A stretch of 46,987 bases of DNA from Specibacter sp. (GTDB lineage: Bacteria; Actinomycetota; Actinomycetes; Actinomycetales; Micrococcaceae): positions 1-46,987 of the forward strand of contig JBAUMA010000304.1 of NCBI GenBank assembly GCA_049578485.1, written 5' to 3'. Numbering within the stretch: position 1 is the first letter of the stretch; each line of letters opens with the position of its first letter. Positions 37,871 through 46,987 of this stretch are shown here, piece after piece. The notes beneath the pieces were generated by a model, which was given only the letters and a program-made list of their open reading frames with translations, was not told the DNA's origin and searched no databases. Made by a program: the position numbers and the translations under genes.

Positions 37871-38512
37871 ATGGATACCGTTGCCTGGTCCCGGCCGCCG
37901 GAAGAACGCGCGGGGACGCCGCTGCTGCTGATGCTCCATGGCTACGGCTCGGACGAATCCCGCATGAGCGCCCACTTTGGCCAGATGCCGCACGGGTTCA
38001 CCTGCGCAGCTCCCCGGGCGCCATTGGACATTTCCGGGGACTACGGCTGGTTCCTGCTGGACTACTTCCTGGCCAACGACTTTGCCGAAGTGGTGGGTGC
38101 GGCCTCCCATCTGCTCGGATGGCTGGATACCGTCACGGCCGTCCACGGCTTCACCTCGGTGTCAGTGCTGGGCTTTTCACAAGGAATGGCCATGGCCACC
38201 ACGCTGATGCGCCTGCGCCCGGAGGCGTTCACGGCCAGCGTGGGGCTCTCCGGTTTTGTGCTCCGCAACGAACTGCTCGGAGCCATGGAACCCCTCACCA
38301 CCAAAATCCCTTTCTACTGGGCGCGGGACACGGCGGATCTTGTCATCAACCCGGACGCCACGGCCTTCACGGCGGCCTGGCTGGCGGCCAACACCGAGCT
38401 GAGCGAGGCGCGCTATGAAGGGTTGGGCCACGGGACCGGGGGCACCGAGCTGCACGACGCCGCCGCCTTCCTCACCGGCCACGTCCCCGGCTCCTTCGTG
38501 CCCTCTCCCTAA
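37871..38512 (+). CDS. Phospholipase/carboxylesterase (alpha/beta hydrolase)
   Basis: LHGYGS, nucleophile elbow GFSQG and C-terminal GLGH. TAGTCT lies 6 nt before the ATG. Confidence 0.88.
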   Translation: MDTVAWSRPPEERAGTPLLLMLHGYGSDESRMSAHFGQMPHGFTCAAPRAPLDISGDYGWFLLDYFLANDFAEVVGAASHLLGWLDTVTAVHGFTSVSVLGFSQGMAMATTLMRLRPEAFTASVGLSGFVLRNELLGAMEPLTTKIPFYWARDTADLVINPDATAFTAAWLAANTELSEARYEGLGHGTGGTELHDAAAFLTGHVPGSFVPSP

Positions 38513-38649
38513 GCAGCCACCACACCGGTCCCGCAAAGTTGAGCCAAATGTCGGTGCCCGGTCAACCAAAAGGTTGATGGCCGGCGTCGTGCGCGTTCAT
38601 AAGCTGGAAGCAAAGGCCCGCACCGGGACCCACCAGCGAGGGGAAGCAC

Positions 38650-39099
38650 ATGAAGAAGCTCTTTTATTCGGCATTCGGCTATATGGTCATCGGCGTCTTG
38701 TCGGGCCTGTTCTACCGCGAGTTCACCAAGGGCAAGGACTTCACCGGCGACACCCAGCTGGCAATCGTCCACACCCACCTGCTGACGCTGGGCTTCATTG
38801 TGCTGCTCATTGTGCTGATTCTGGAAAGGCTGTTCGCACTGTCCAAATCAAGGCTGTTCAACTGGTTCTTTTGGACCTACAACGCCGGCTTGGTCCTGAC
38901 GGCGGGCATCATGGTGGTCCACGGCATCCTGCAGGTCAACGGCACCACCGAGGTTTCCGGAGCCATCCCCGGCATTGCGGGCCTGGGCCACATCCTGCTC
39001 AGTGCCGGCATGGTGCTGCTGTTCCTGGCCCTGCGCACCCGGCTGTTTGGTGCCGCCGTGAAGGACGACGCCGCGTCCCGGACAGTGCTGGCCGGCTAA
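38650..39099 (+). CDS. DUF2871 family membrane protein
   Basis: GLFYREFTK, TQLAIVHTHLLTLG and GIAGLGHI. Confidence 0.85.
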   Translation: MKKLFYSAFGYMVIGVLSGLFYREFTKGKDFTGDTQLAIVHTHLLTLGFIVLLIVLILERLFALSKSRLFNWFFWTYNAGLVLTAGIMVVHGILQVNGTTEVSGAIPGIAGLGHILLSAGMVLLFLALRTRLFGAAVKDDAASRTVLAG

Positions 39100-39193
39100 C
39101 CACCGCGGGGGAGGCTTTTCCCCTGAGTGAACGCCCGGGCCACACCATGGATTGGCGGCTACCCTAGAGACAATTCAACGTCAGGGGAATCAC

Positions 39194-40039
39194 GTGGCAC
39201 GCAAGGCCAAAAACGCAGTTCAGGCACCAAAGAACAGCTTCGCCGCCTCCCCCGGGAGGCCCAACCCGGCCGTGGAGATTGCCGCGGCCGCCGCCTTTGA
39301 CCGCAGCGGCCGCCCGAAACCTGCCGTGCACGGCATGTTGCTCAAGTCGGTGGAGGTGCAACGGCCGCTGGTACTCGCGAACCTGCGCCGGCTGCGGCGC
39401 AAATACCCGCAGGCCACGGCATTTGAGCTCAGCCGCCGGCTGGAACGGGACTTCCTCAACGGTGTGGGCACGGGCGGTGCGGCAATTGGCGCCACGGCCA
39501 TCATCCCGGGCGTCGGCACGGTTGCAGCGCTGTCCATTTCGGCTGCGGCAACGGTGGTGTTCCTCGAGGCCACCGCCCTGTACGCCCAGTCCGTGGCCGA
39601 ACTGCACGGGGTCCGGCTGGCGGATCCGGAACTTGCCCAGGTCACCGTGATGGCCATCATCCTGGGCGAGGAGGGCACCGCAATGTTGGAGGGCCTGACG
39701 GGACACGCACTGGGCAATGGCCGGACGCCCATGCAGGCGTGGGGGAAGACCGTGGGCAAGAGCCTGCCCATTTCGGCAGTCAAGGGCATTGCCTCGTCCA
39801 TGCAGAAACGGTTCCTGAAGAAGGTGGCCATCAAGGGAAGTGCGTCGGTGGTGGGCAAGGCGCTGCCGTTCGGCATTGGCGCGGCCGTGGGCGGGGTGGG
39901 CAACTACATGATGGGCCGCGCCGTCGTCGCCTCCACCCAGCGCGCCTTTGGGCCGGCCCCGCTGGCGATCCCGGCCGAGCTGCTATCCGAATTGGATGCG
40001 CCCAAGGTCAAGAAAGTGCCCAAGGAGCTGCGGCCCTAA
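39194..40039 (+). CDS. Conserved hypothetical protein (EcsC-like membrane-associated)
   Basis: VEVQRPLVLANLRRLRR, GAAIGATAIIPGVGT and LPFGIGAAVGG. GTG start follows an AGGGG RBS. Confidence 0.72.
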   Translation: MARKAKNAVQAPKNSFAASPGRPNPAVEIAAAAAFDRSGRPKPAVHGMLLKSVEVQRPLVLANLRRLRRKYPQATAFELSRRLERDFLNGVGTGGAAIGATAIIPGVGTVAALSISAAATVVFLEATALYAQSVAELHGVRLADPELAQVTVMAIILGEEGTAMLEGLTGHALGNGRTPMQAWGKTVGKSLPISAVKGIASSMQKRFLKKVAIKGSASVVGKALPFGIGAAVGGVGNYMMGRAVVASTQRAFGPAPLAIPAELLSELDAPKVKKVPKELRP

Positions 40040-40067
40040 GCTGCCCGGGGCCGAATCGGCCCCGGGC

Positions 40068-41354
40068 CTAGTGGAACACCAGGGTGGCCACCGTGAAGAT
40101 GGCGAGCCCGGCGAGCGAGCCCACCACCGTGCCGTTGATGCGGATGAACTGCAGGTCCTTGCCCACCTGAAGCTCGATCTTCTCGCTGGTCTCCACCGCG
40201 TCCCAGCGTTCCACGGTGTCCGTGATGATGGAGGTGATCTCGTGCTTGTACGTGCGCACCAGGTAGGAGGCGGCGTCGGCGATCCACGCGTTGGCCTTGC
40301 CGGCCAGTTCGGGGTCGGTGGCCAGCCGCGTGCCGAAGTCCTGCACGGCCGCGGTGAACTTCAGGCGCAACTCCGAGTTCGGGTCCTCGACGGCGGTGTA
40401 CACGGCGGCCTTGATGGTTTCCCACGCCCGCCCCGCCAGTTCGCGGACCTCGGGATCGCCCAGGACCTGGGCCTTGATGGACTCGGCGCGGGCGATCATG
40501 GCCGGATCGTGCTGCAGCTCCTGTGCGAGGTCCTTCAAATATGCGTCCAGCTGCAGCCGGACGTCATGCTGGGGGTTGTCCTGGACTGCGCGGGCAAATT
40601 TGTAGATCTCGGTGTAGATCTTGTCGCCCACCAGGCCGTCCACAAATTGCGGTACCCAGCTGGGGGAGCGGTCGGAGACGAGCCCGCTGATGGTGGTGTG
40701 GTTGGCCTGGATCCACTGGGTGGAGCGGTCCACCAGCAGGTCAACCAAGGCGTGGTGGTGGCCCTCGGCAAACACGCGTTCGGCCACTTTGCCAATGGGC
40801 GGTCCCCACGGCGGTTCGAGCACGTGCTTGCGGACCATCGACTCAATGATGTCCTTGACGTCGTCGTCGTTCAACACGGCCATGGCGCCGCGCATGGCCG
40901 CGGCACCCTCGGTGGCCACGCGCTGGGCGCTCGCCGGCTTGGACAGCCAGGCGCCCACCTTTTCAGCGATCTTGGTGGAGGCCAGCTTTTCCGCCACCAC
41001 GGCCTCGGACAGGAAGTTGGTCTCCACAAATTCGCCCAACGACGCGCCAATCTCGTCCTTGCGGTTGGGGATGATGGCGGTGTGCGGGATCTTGATCCCC
41101 ATGGGGTACTTGAACAGCGCCGTCACGGCAAACCAGTCGGCCAGGGCGCCCACCATGCCACCCTCGGCCGCGGCCCGGACATATTCCAGCCACGGGTATC
41201 GGGCCTGGAACGCAAACGCAAAGCAAAAGATGACGGCCATGGCGATCAGCAGGCCCAAGGCAATATTCTTCATGCGGCGCAGCGCGGCGGCCTTTTGGGC
41301 GTCGGGGTGCGGAGTGGGAACAGTTTTGGTGCCGGGTTGTTGTGTTTGCGCCAT
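40068..41354 (-). CDS. DUF445 family protein
   Basis: AEGGMVGALADWFAVTALF..P....IPHTAIIP and GKDLQFIRINGTVVG. Confidence 0.9.
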   Translation of the reverse strand: MAQTQQPGTKTVPTPHPDAQKAAALRRMKNIALGLLIAMAVIFCFAFAFQARYPWLEYVRAAAEGGMVGALADWFAVTALFKYPMGIKIPHTAIIPNRKDEIGASLGEFVETNFLSEAVVAEKLASTKIAEKVGAWLSKPASAQRVATEGAAAMRGAMAVLNDDDVKDIIESMVRKHVLEPPWGPPIGKVAERVFAEGHHHALVDLLVDRSTQWIQANHTTISGLVSDRSPSWVPQFVDGLVGDKIYTEIYKFARAVQDNPQHDVRLQLDAYLKDLAQELQHDPAMIARAESIKAQVLGDPEVRELAGRAWETIKAAVYTAVEDPNSELRLKFTAAVQDFGTRLATDPELAGKANAWIADAASYLVRTYKHEITSIITDTVERWDAVETSEKIELQVGKDLQFIRINGTVVGSLAGLAIFTVATLVFH

Positions 41355-41376
41355 AACGCAAGCGTAGCGTGGTGCC
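41355..41376. promoter_or_regulatory. Bidirectional leaderless promoter with overlapping -10 boxes
   Basis: Plus strand: TAGCGT (41365-41370), 6 nt, ATG 41377. Minus strand: TACGCT (41366-41361), 6 nt, ATG 41354. Confidence 0.65.
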
Positions 41377-42237
41377 ATGATTGTACGGATTTTTGCCCAC
41401 CGGGGCTCCAGCGCCCGCTTTGCCGAGCACACCCGCGCCGCTTATCTTCAAGCCCTGGTCGACGGCGCCGACGGGGTTGAGTGTGATCTCCACCTGACGG
41501 CGGACGGGGCCCTGGTGCTGCTCCACGACGACGATGTTGACCGCACCTCGGACGGCTCCGGGGAGGTGGCGGAGCTGACCTTGGCCCAGCTGCGGGAACT
41601 CGATTTCAGTTCTTGGAAGGGTGCCGCGATCCCGCCGGAATATGGCGGCACGGCCGATCAGCTGCTCACCCTTGATGAACTCCTGGACCTTCTGGCGGCC
41701 GCGGCGAGGCCCATCGGCCTTGCCATCGAATTCAAGTACGGGGCCTTCTTCGATGCGGCCTTGGTGGACGCCACCTTGGAACGGCTGGCCCGGCGCGGCT
41801 GGACCCCCGAGCAATCCGCGGCCGGCAACGTCAGCGTGTCCTTCATGAGTTTCCACCCCGAAGCCGTCAAATACCTGGCGGAGCGGGTCCCCTCCCACCA
41901 CCTGTGCCAGCTGTTGGAGGAGGTGGAGGCCGCCGAGGTGGCCGAGGAATTCGATGTGGGACCGATCGCCGGGCACACCATGGCATTTTTGATGCGCCGG
42001 GCCATGGCCGCGGGTGAAAAGCTGCTTGACGACGGCGTCGCCCACCTTGCCGGGCCCGGCGTCGACTACCTGCGGGCAAACCCGGAGAACGCGGCACGAT
42101 GGCTGGCTGCCGGGCGCGGCTTCCGGGTGTGGACGGTGGACACCGAAGAAGACCTGGCCGTGTGCATCCAGCACGGCGTTGCCGAGGTGACCACCAACCG
42201 GCCGGCGGAAATCCGGGTACTGCTTGATCCTGCGTGA
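41377..42237 (+). CDS. Glycerophosphodiester phosphodiesterase (GDPD family)
   Basis: AHRG, EHT, GADGVECD, LLHD..VDRT, IEFK, WTVD and TTNRP. Confidence 0.92.
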   Translation: MIVRIFAHRGSSARFAEHTRAAYLQALVDGADGVECDLHLTADGALVLLHDDDVDRTSDGSGEVAELTLAQLRELDFSSWKGAAIPPEYGGTADQLLTLDELLDLLAAAARPIGLAIEFKYGAFFDAALVDATLERLARRGWTPEQSAAGNVSVSFMSFHPEAVKYLAERVPSHHLCQLLEEVEAAEVAEEFDVGPIAGHTMAFLMRRAMAAGEKLLDDGVAHLAGPGVDYLRANPENAARWLAAGRGFRVWTVDTEEDLAVCIQHGVAEVTTNRPAEIRVLLDPA

Positions 42238-42265
42238 TCCCAGGACCGTGTGGTTGCATGGACCC

Positions 42266-44107
42266 ATGGCATCGCGCATCGAGGACTACGCACTTCTTTC
42301 GGACATGCACTCGGCTGCATTGATCGGGCGGGACGGAAGCATCGACTGGCTGTGTTTCCCACGGTTCGACTCGCCGTCGGTGTTCACGGCGCTGCTGGGC
42401 ACCCCGGAGCACGGGCGGTGGCTCATCGAGCCCGTGGATGCGACCATCACGAGCCGCCGCTACGTGGGCAATTCGTTTGTCCTCGAAACGGTGTGGGAAG
42501 GGCCAGGCGGTTCAGCGCGCATGCTCGAATTCATGCCCATCGGCGACAACCCGGCTTCCGTGGTGCGGCGTGTGGAGGGAATCTCCGGAACCCTGAAGTT
42601 CCATGAGGAAATCGTCATTCGGCCCGGCTATGGCAAGGTGCTGCCGTGGGTGCGCCGGCTCCACGGGCTGCCCGGCCGTCCCGCCATCCTGGCCGTGGCC
42701 GGACCCGATGCGCTGTTGCTGCGCGGCCATCACCTGCCCGTCGCCGTCGACCATAAACACAGCGGCACGTTCTCTGTCAAAGCCGGTGCGAATGTGGAAA
42801 AGGAGTTCATCTGGTATCCGTCGCACCGTGCGGTGCCCGGCGACGTCGACTTGGATGCGGCACTCGCGGACACGCTGGCGCGCTGGCACGGCTGGGCCGA
42901 AAACTGCGAGCAGGACGGCAAATACATGGCCCTGGTCGAACGGTCACTGCTGGTGTTGCGCGCCCTGACGCATGAGGACACCGGTGGCATTGTCGCCGCG
43001 CCCACCACGTCGTTGCCGGAGGATTTTGGTGGCGCGCGGAACTGGGACTACAGGTTTTGCTGGTTGCGCGACACGGCCCTGACCCTGGCAGCCATGCTCA
43101 CGCACGGATTCGAGGACGAGGCGCTGAAATGGCGCGATTGGCTGCTGCGCGCCGTCGCCGGCGATCCGGAGGACCTGCAGATCATGTACGGCCTGGCCGG
43201 TGAACGCGAATTGGTCGAGGGCGAGCTGGACCATCTGCCCGGCTACGAAGGCTCGGCGCCCGTACGGATCGGCAACGGAGCCGTGGGCCAGTACCAGGCG
43301 GACGTGGTGGGCGAGGTGATGGTGGCCTTGGAAAAGCTGCGCCTGGCGGGCGGGGAGGAGGACCATTTCTCCTGGCCGCTGCAGCTGTCCATGCTGGATT
43401 TCGTGGAAAGGCACCTGGCGGATCCGGACCACGGTATTTGGGAGATGCGCGGGGATCTGCAGCATTTCACGCATTCACGCGCCATGATGTGGGCCGCCTT
43501 TGACTGTGGCGTTCGGGCCGTCCGCGACCACGGGCTCGAGGGCCCGGACTGGCGCTGGGCGCGGCTGCGGGACCAGCTCCGAGAAGAAATCATGGAGCGC
43601 GGCTTCAACCGGGAACTGAACACGTTCACGCAAACTTTCGGCGGCACCACGACGGACGCAGCCTTATTGGTCCTGCCACATTTTGGCTTCATTGCCTACG
43701 ACGCACCGGAGATGACCGGTACGGTCGCCGCCATCGAGCAAGAACTGCTCGACGCCGACGGGCTGCTCATGCGCTACCGCACGGACACCGGCGTGGACGG
43801 GCTGGCCCCCGGCGAACACCCCTTCCTGGCCTGCTCGTTTTGGCTCGTGGAGCAATACGCGCACACGGGCCGGCGCGAGGACGCTGTCGCCCTCATGGAC
43901 AAGCTGGCCGGGTATGCCAACGAGCTGGGGCTGCTTGCCGAGGAGTACGACGCCGGCAACGCCCGGATGGCCGGCAACTTCCCGCAGGCATTCTCCCACC
44001 TGGCCTTGGTGCGGGCCGCGGATGCGCTGCACGGCACCGAACAATTGAGCATGGCCGCCGGCGCCTTGTCCGATCCGGCCAACGGCCATGAAAGCATGGG
44101 GTCATGA
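42266..44107 (+). CDS. Glycoside hydrolase family 15 (trehalase/glucoamylase-like)
   Basis: IEDYALLSD, GSIDWLCFPRFDS, AAPTTSLPE..GG.RNWDYRFCWLRD, GIWEMRG and GNFPQAFSH. Confidence 0.93.
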   Translation: MASRIEDYALLSDMHSAALIGRDGSIDWLCFPRFDSPSVFTALLGTPEHGRWLIEPVDATITSRRYVGNSFVLETVWEGPGGSARMLEFMPIGDNPASVVRRVEGISGTLKFHEEIVIRPGYGKVLPWVRRLHGLPGRPAILAVAGPDALLLRGHHLPVAVDHKHSGTFSVKAGANVEKEFIWYPSHRAVPGDVDLDAALADTLARWHGWAENCEQDGKYMALVERSLLVLRALTHEDTGGIVAAPTTSLPEDFGGARNWDYRFCWLRDTALTLAAMLTHGFEDEALKWRDWLLRAVAGDPEDLQIMYGLAGERELVEGELDHLPGYEGSAPVRIGNGAVGQYQADVVGEVMVALEKLRLAGGEEDHFSWPLQLSMLDFVERHLADPDHGIWEMRGDLQHFTHSRAMMWAAFDCGVRAVRDHGLEGPDWRWARLRDQLREEIMERGFNRELNTFTQTFGGTTTDAALLVLPHFGFIAYDAPEMTGTVAAIEQELLDADGLLMRYRTDTGVDGLAPGEHPFLACSFWLVEQYAHTGRREDAVALMDKLAGYANELGLLAEEYDAGNARMAGNFPQAFSHLALVRAADALHGTEQLSMAAGALSDPANGHESMGS

Positions 44108-44502
44108 AGCTCACCACAGCCAGCGCCTGGGCCCTGGCCGCCCTCCTCGGCACCAGCGCCGTCAACCACCTGCGCAATCCAAAGTTCTACTACGCTGTGG
44201 TGCCGCCGGAGATCTGCACCGACAAGGGCGGCCGCTTCGGCGTCATGACCCGGCAGCAGTGGGTGCTGGCGTCCGCCGCGCCCGAGGCCCTGGCCGCCGT
44301 CGGGCTGTTGCTTCCGGCCACGCGCAAGGCCGCGGCGACCGCCACGGCCGCCATGTTCGTCGGGTTCACGGCCGGCCATGTGACGGCGCTGCAGCGTGCC
44401 TGGGGGCCCAACGGATCACCCAAGGCGCGGTGGATCCACGCTGTGCGCCTGCCATTGCAGGCCCCCCTGGTGGCCTGGGCATGGAGCCTGCGCCGGGGAT
44501 GA
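44104..44502 (+). CDS. DoxX-like small membrane protein
   Basis: Hydrophobic 132 aa ending RLPLQAPLVAWAW; ATGA overlaps with both neighbouring genes. Confidence 0.75.
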   Translation: MKLTTASAWALAALLGTSAVNHLRNPKFYYAVVPPEICTDKGGRFGVMTRQQWVLASAAPEALAAVGLLLPATRKAAATATAAMFVGFTAGHVTALQRAWGPNGSPKARWIHAVRLPLQAPLVAWAWSLRRG

Positions 44503-45287
44503 AGCTCAAGGATTCACCGGCCGCGAAGATTGGCGCGTCCATCGCCATCGCCACGGGTTTGTACGGGGTGTCCTTCGGCGCGCTCTCGGTTGCTTCGGGC
44601 ATGAGCTTTTGGCAGACCATGGCCTTGAGCCTGCTGCTTTTTAGCGGCGGCTCGCAATTTGCCTTCATCGGCGTGATTGCCGGTGGCGGCACGGGTGTGG
44701 CAGCCATGAGCGCCTCAGCGTTGCTGGGCATCCGCAACGGCGTGTACGGAATGCAGCTCAACGCCCTCCTGCGGCCCACGGGCTGGCGCCGCTTCGCCGC
44801 GGCCCACGTGACGATTGACGAATCCACGGCCACGGCCACCGGCCAAAGCGACCCCGCCGAGCAAAAACGCGGGTTTTGGGTGGCCGGGGTTGGCATTTTC
44901 ATCTTTTGGAACATCATGACGGCGGTGGGCGCGTTCGTGGGCGACGCCCTGGGCGACCCCAAGCAGTGGGGCCTGGACGGCGCCGCCGTGGCTGCGTTCC
45001 TGGGGTTGCTGTGGCCGCGCATCAAGGGGTTCCAGCCGGCGGCGATCGCCGTGGCGTGCGCCGTGGTGACGCTGCTGGTGGTCCCGTTCGTGCCGCCGGG
45101 CGTGCCGATCCTGGTGGCGGCCCTCGTGGCCGGGCTGATCGGCTGGTTCGGGCCCGGCCACAGGCCCGGACACGACGACGACGGCCTGGAACCCGACATT
45201 GAGCCGTACCGGCACGACGCCGGCGCGCACCACCAGAGGGGATCGCACCAGGGCGGGTCCCAACCGGGCGAAGGGGAGAGCGCATGA
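44499..45287 (+). CDS. azlC: AzlC family branched-chain amino acid exporter permease
   Basis: GVSFGAL, SLLLFSGGSQFA, RNGVYG, TIDES and GLD..AAFLGLL. Confidence 0.88.
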   Translation: MKLKDSPAAKIGASIAIATGLYGVSFGALSVASGMSFWQTMALSLLLFSGGSQFAFIGVIAGGGTGVAAMSASALLGIRNGVYGMQLNALLRPTGWRRFAAAHVTIDESTATATGQSDPAEQKRGFWVAGVGIFIFWNIMTAVGAFVGDALGDPKQWGLDGAAVAAFLGLLWPRIKGFQPAAIAVACAVVTLLVVPFVPPGVPILVAALVAGLIGWFGPGHRPGHDDDGLEPDIEPYRHDAGAHHQRGSHQGGSQPGEGESA

Positions 45288-45595
45288 GTATGTGGGTCTG
45301 GGTCTTGATCGCGGCGGCCGTCGCGTACCTGACGAAGCTCTTGGGCTACCTTGTCCCAGCCAAGGTGCTGGCGAATCCGCGCATGTCCCGTGTGGCGGGA
45401 ACCCTGACCATCGGCTTGCTGGCCTCGCTGACCGTGGTGAACGCGGCAGCCAGCGGGACCGCCGTCGTGCTGGACGCCCGGGTGGGCGCACTGGCGGCGG
45501 CAGCGATAGCCCTCTGGCTCAAGGCGCCATTCTTGGTGGTGGTCCTGGCTGGTGCCGCCGCCGCCGCGGGACTGCGGCTACTGGGTTGGGCCTGA
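45284..45595 (+). CDS. azlD: AzlD domain protein
   Basis: YLTKLLGY, GLLASL, LDAR and KAPFLVVV; coupled to azlC. Confidence 0.85.
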   Translation: MSMWVWVLIAAAVAYLTKLLGYLVPAKVLANPRMSRVAGTLTIGLLASLTVVNAAASGTAVVLDARVGALAAAAIALWLKAPFLVVVLAGAAAAAGLRLLGWA

Positions 45596-46234
45596 GCCAT
45601 CCGGGTTTGCAGGGTGGGGATCTTGTTGCCCGTACTGTGTCTGCTGGCCGTAGGCCTGCTGGGCCGGAACGTGGGCCGCGTAGCCGGGCTGGGCGTACTG
45701 CTGGGGCTGCCCGTAAGGCTGGGAGTATTGGCCCTGCTGGGGCTGGCCGTAAGGCTGACCATACTGCTGGAAGTACATCTTTTGCTCGGCGCTCAGGTAG
45801 GACGGGCCGCGGTACTGGGCGTCGCCATAGGAAAGCATGCTGGCGAAGACGATCGGAACAAAGAACAGGCCCACCGTGTAGGCGGAGTCCTTGCCGAAGG
45901 ACTTGGCCACGTCGTTGAGGGTGCAGACTCCCCAGTAGATTCCCGCGTACGGGATGAACTGGAGCCAGAAGTGCGATTCCGGGCGGCCAGCGATCTTGAC
46001 CAGGATCCAGCTGTTGTAAAACGGCACATATGCCTTCCACCTGGCGTAACCGGCCTTGTTGAACACACCCGCCCACATCACGCCTGTGACCGCAAAGGCC
46101 ACAACAAACATCAGCAGGTACACCAGCAGTATTCCGAAGACGAGCCCGGCGGTGTAGGCAGGGTCGGTGGTGGTGCCGCTGTTGTAGTAATCGTCGGCCG
46201 CAGGCAGGGCCCGGGCGATCAGGGAGGCAATCAT
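45578..46234 (-). CDS. DUF5684-like membrane protein with Gln/Pro/Tyr-rich tail
   Basis: VFNKAG..RWKAYVPFYN and AKSFGK, with QPYGQPQQ repeats. TATGGT lies 6 nt before the ATG. Confidence 0.78.
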   Translation of the reverse strand: MIASLIARALPAADDYYNSGTTTDPAYTAGLVFGILLVYLLMFVVAFAVTGVMWAGVFNKAGYARWKAYVPFYNSWILVKIAGRPESHFWLQFIPYAGIYWGVCTLNDVAKSFGKDSAYTVGLFFVPIVFASMLSYGDAQYRGPSYLSAEQKMYFQQYGQPYGQPQQGQYSQPYGQPQQYAQPGYAAHVPAQQAYGQQTQYGQQDPHPANPDGSGPTQ

Positions 46235-46345
46235 AGTTGAACCATATAGTGCCCCCTTGCCTGCGCCCAATGGGCACAAGTGCCCATGACGGGCCGTGGC
46301 GCGGGACAATAGTGGAAGGCTCGAAAAACCTATAAGGAGACTTCC

Positions 46346-46678
46346 ATGATTGTGGCATTTTCAGTGGCACCCAGCGGCACCCCCACCGGCGAGGCTGCAG
46401 GCACGGGCGACGACGCCTCGGTCCACACGGCCGTGGCCGCAGCCGTCAAGGTGGTCCGTGACTCCGGCCTGCCCAACCGCACCAGCTCCATGTTCACCGA
46501 AATCGAGGGCGACTGGGACGAGGTCATGGACGTGGTCAAGCGGGCCACCGAGGCAGTGGGCCGCTACGGCTCCCGCGTTTCCCTGGTACTCAAGGCCGAC
46601 ATCCGCCCCGGGCACACCGGCGAGCTCACGGGCAAGGTCGCGCGGCTCGAAGGTGCACTGGGGACCCTCGCCGAGTAG
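46346..46678 (+). CDS. Thiamine-binding protein family (MTH1187/YkoF, DUF77)
   Basis: [31 protein letters not shown] and [17 protein letters not shown]. Confidence 0.88.
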   Translation: MIVAFSVAPSGTPTGEAAGTGDDASVHTAVAAAVKVVRDSGLPNRTSSMFTEIEGDWDEVMDVVKRATEAVGRYGSRVSLVLKADIRPGHTGELTGKVARLEGALGTLAE

Positions 46679-46717
46679 CCCTTTTCCCGAGGGCCGGACG
46701 GATCTAAGCTGGGGACC

Positions 46718-46987
46718 ATGGTTGAGCATCAGAGCCGGCCCGGCTGGGCTGACGTTGAAACGTATCTGTCCGAAACCCTGGTGCACGGCGGTGCCGCCAT
46801 GGACGCCGTCGTCGCCAGCATCGACGCCGCCGGCATGCCCCGGATTGAGGTGGCGCCCACGGCCGGCAAGTTGTTGATGCTGCTGGCCCGAATCCAGGGC
46901 GCCCGGCGGGTGCTGGAAATTGGCACCCTGGCCGGCTTCAGCACCATCTGGCTGGCTCGCGGCCTGCCCGACGACGGCCACGTCACC
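46718..46987 (+). CDS. SAM-dependent O-methyltransferase (Methyltransf_3), 3' truncated by window
   Basis: MVEHQSRPGWADVETYL...GMPRIEVAPTAGKLLMLLARIQGARRVLEIGTLAGFSTIWLAR. Confidence 0.88.
   Translation, partial: MVEHQSRPGWADVETYLSETLVHGGAAMDAVVASIDAAGMPRIEVAPTAGKLLMLLARIQGARRVLEIGTLAGFSTIWLARGLPDDGHVT

Noticed and set aside
39948..41480. 510-aa plus-strand ORF
   Set aside because: Antisense shadow of the DUF445 gene.
44088..44498. N-terminal extension of AzlC in the ORF track
   Set aside because: It overlaps the DoxX-like gene. The ATGA coupling at 44499-44502 marks the real start.

Overview
High-GC actinobacterial chromosome segment; gene order and protein style suggest Micrococcaceae (Arthrobacter-like), which is an inference. 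It is mostly core and metabolic genes: 3' end of clpC, a TMEM175 channel, argA, a two-component system with GT2-GtrA and ArnT/GT39 (YkcBC-like) envelope glycosylation genes, dhaKLM, mutY, disA-radA, pstSCAB, an SDR/TetR pair, DUF47-pit, tRNA-Lys(UUU), a ThiD/PdxK kinase, proP, a cupin-MFS-XRE islet, a fructose PTS operon, GDPD, GH15, azlCD and a partial O-methyltransferase. I saw no integrase, transposase, prophage or CRISPR array. The most interesting signals are non-coding. (1) A ~98-nt multi-branched structured RNA candidate with its own TTGACA promoter lies directly upstream of DUF47-pit. (2) An 18-bp box is repeated in front of all three transcription units of the two-component/glycosylation locus. 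(3) Several distinct dispersed REP-like repeat families occur, one as a composite. (4) Two divergent leaderless genes share back-to-back -10 boxes. (5) PHO, TetR and CRP-type operators are readable.
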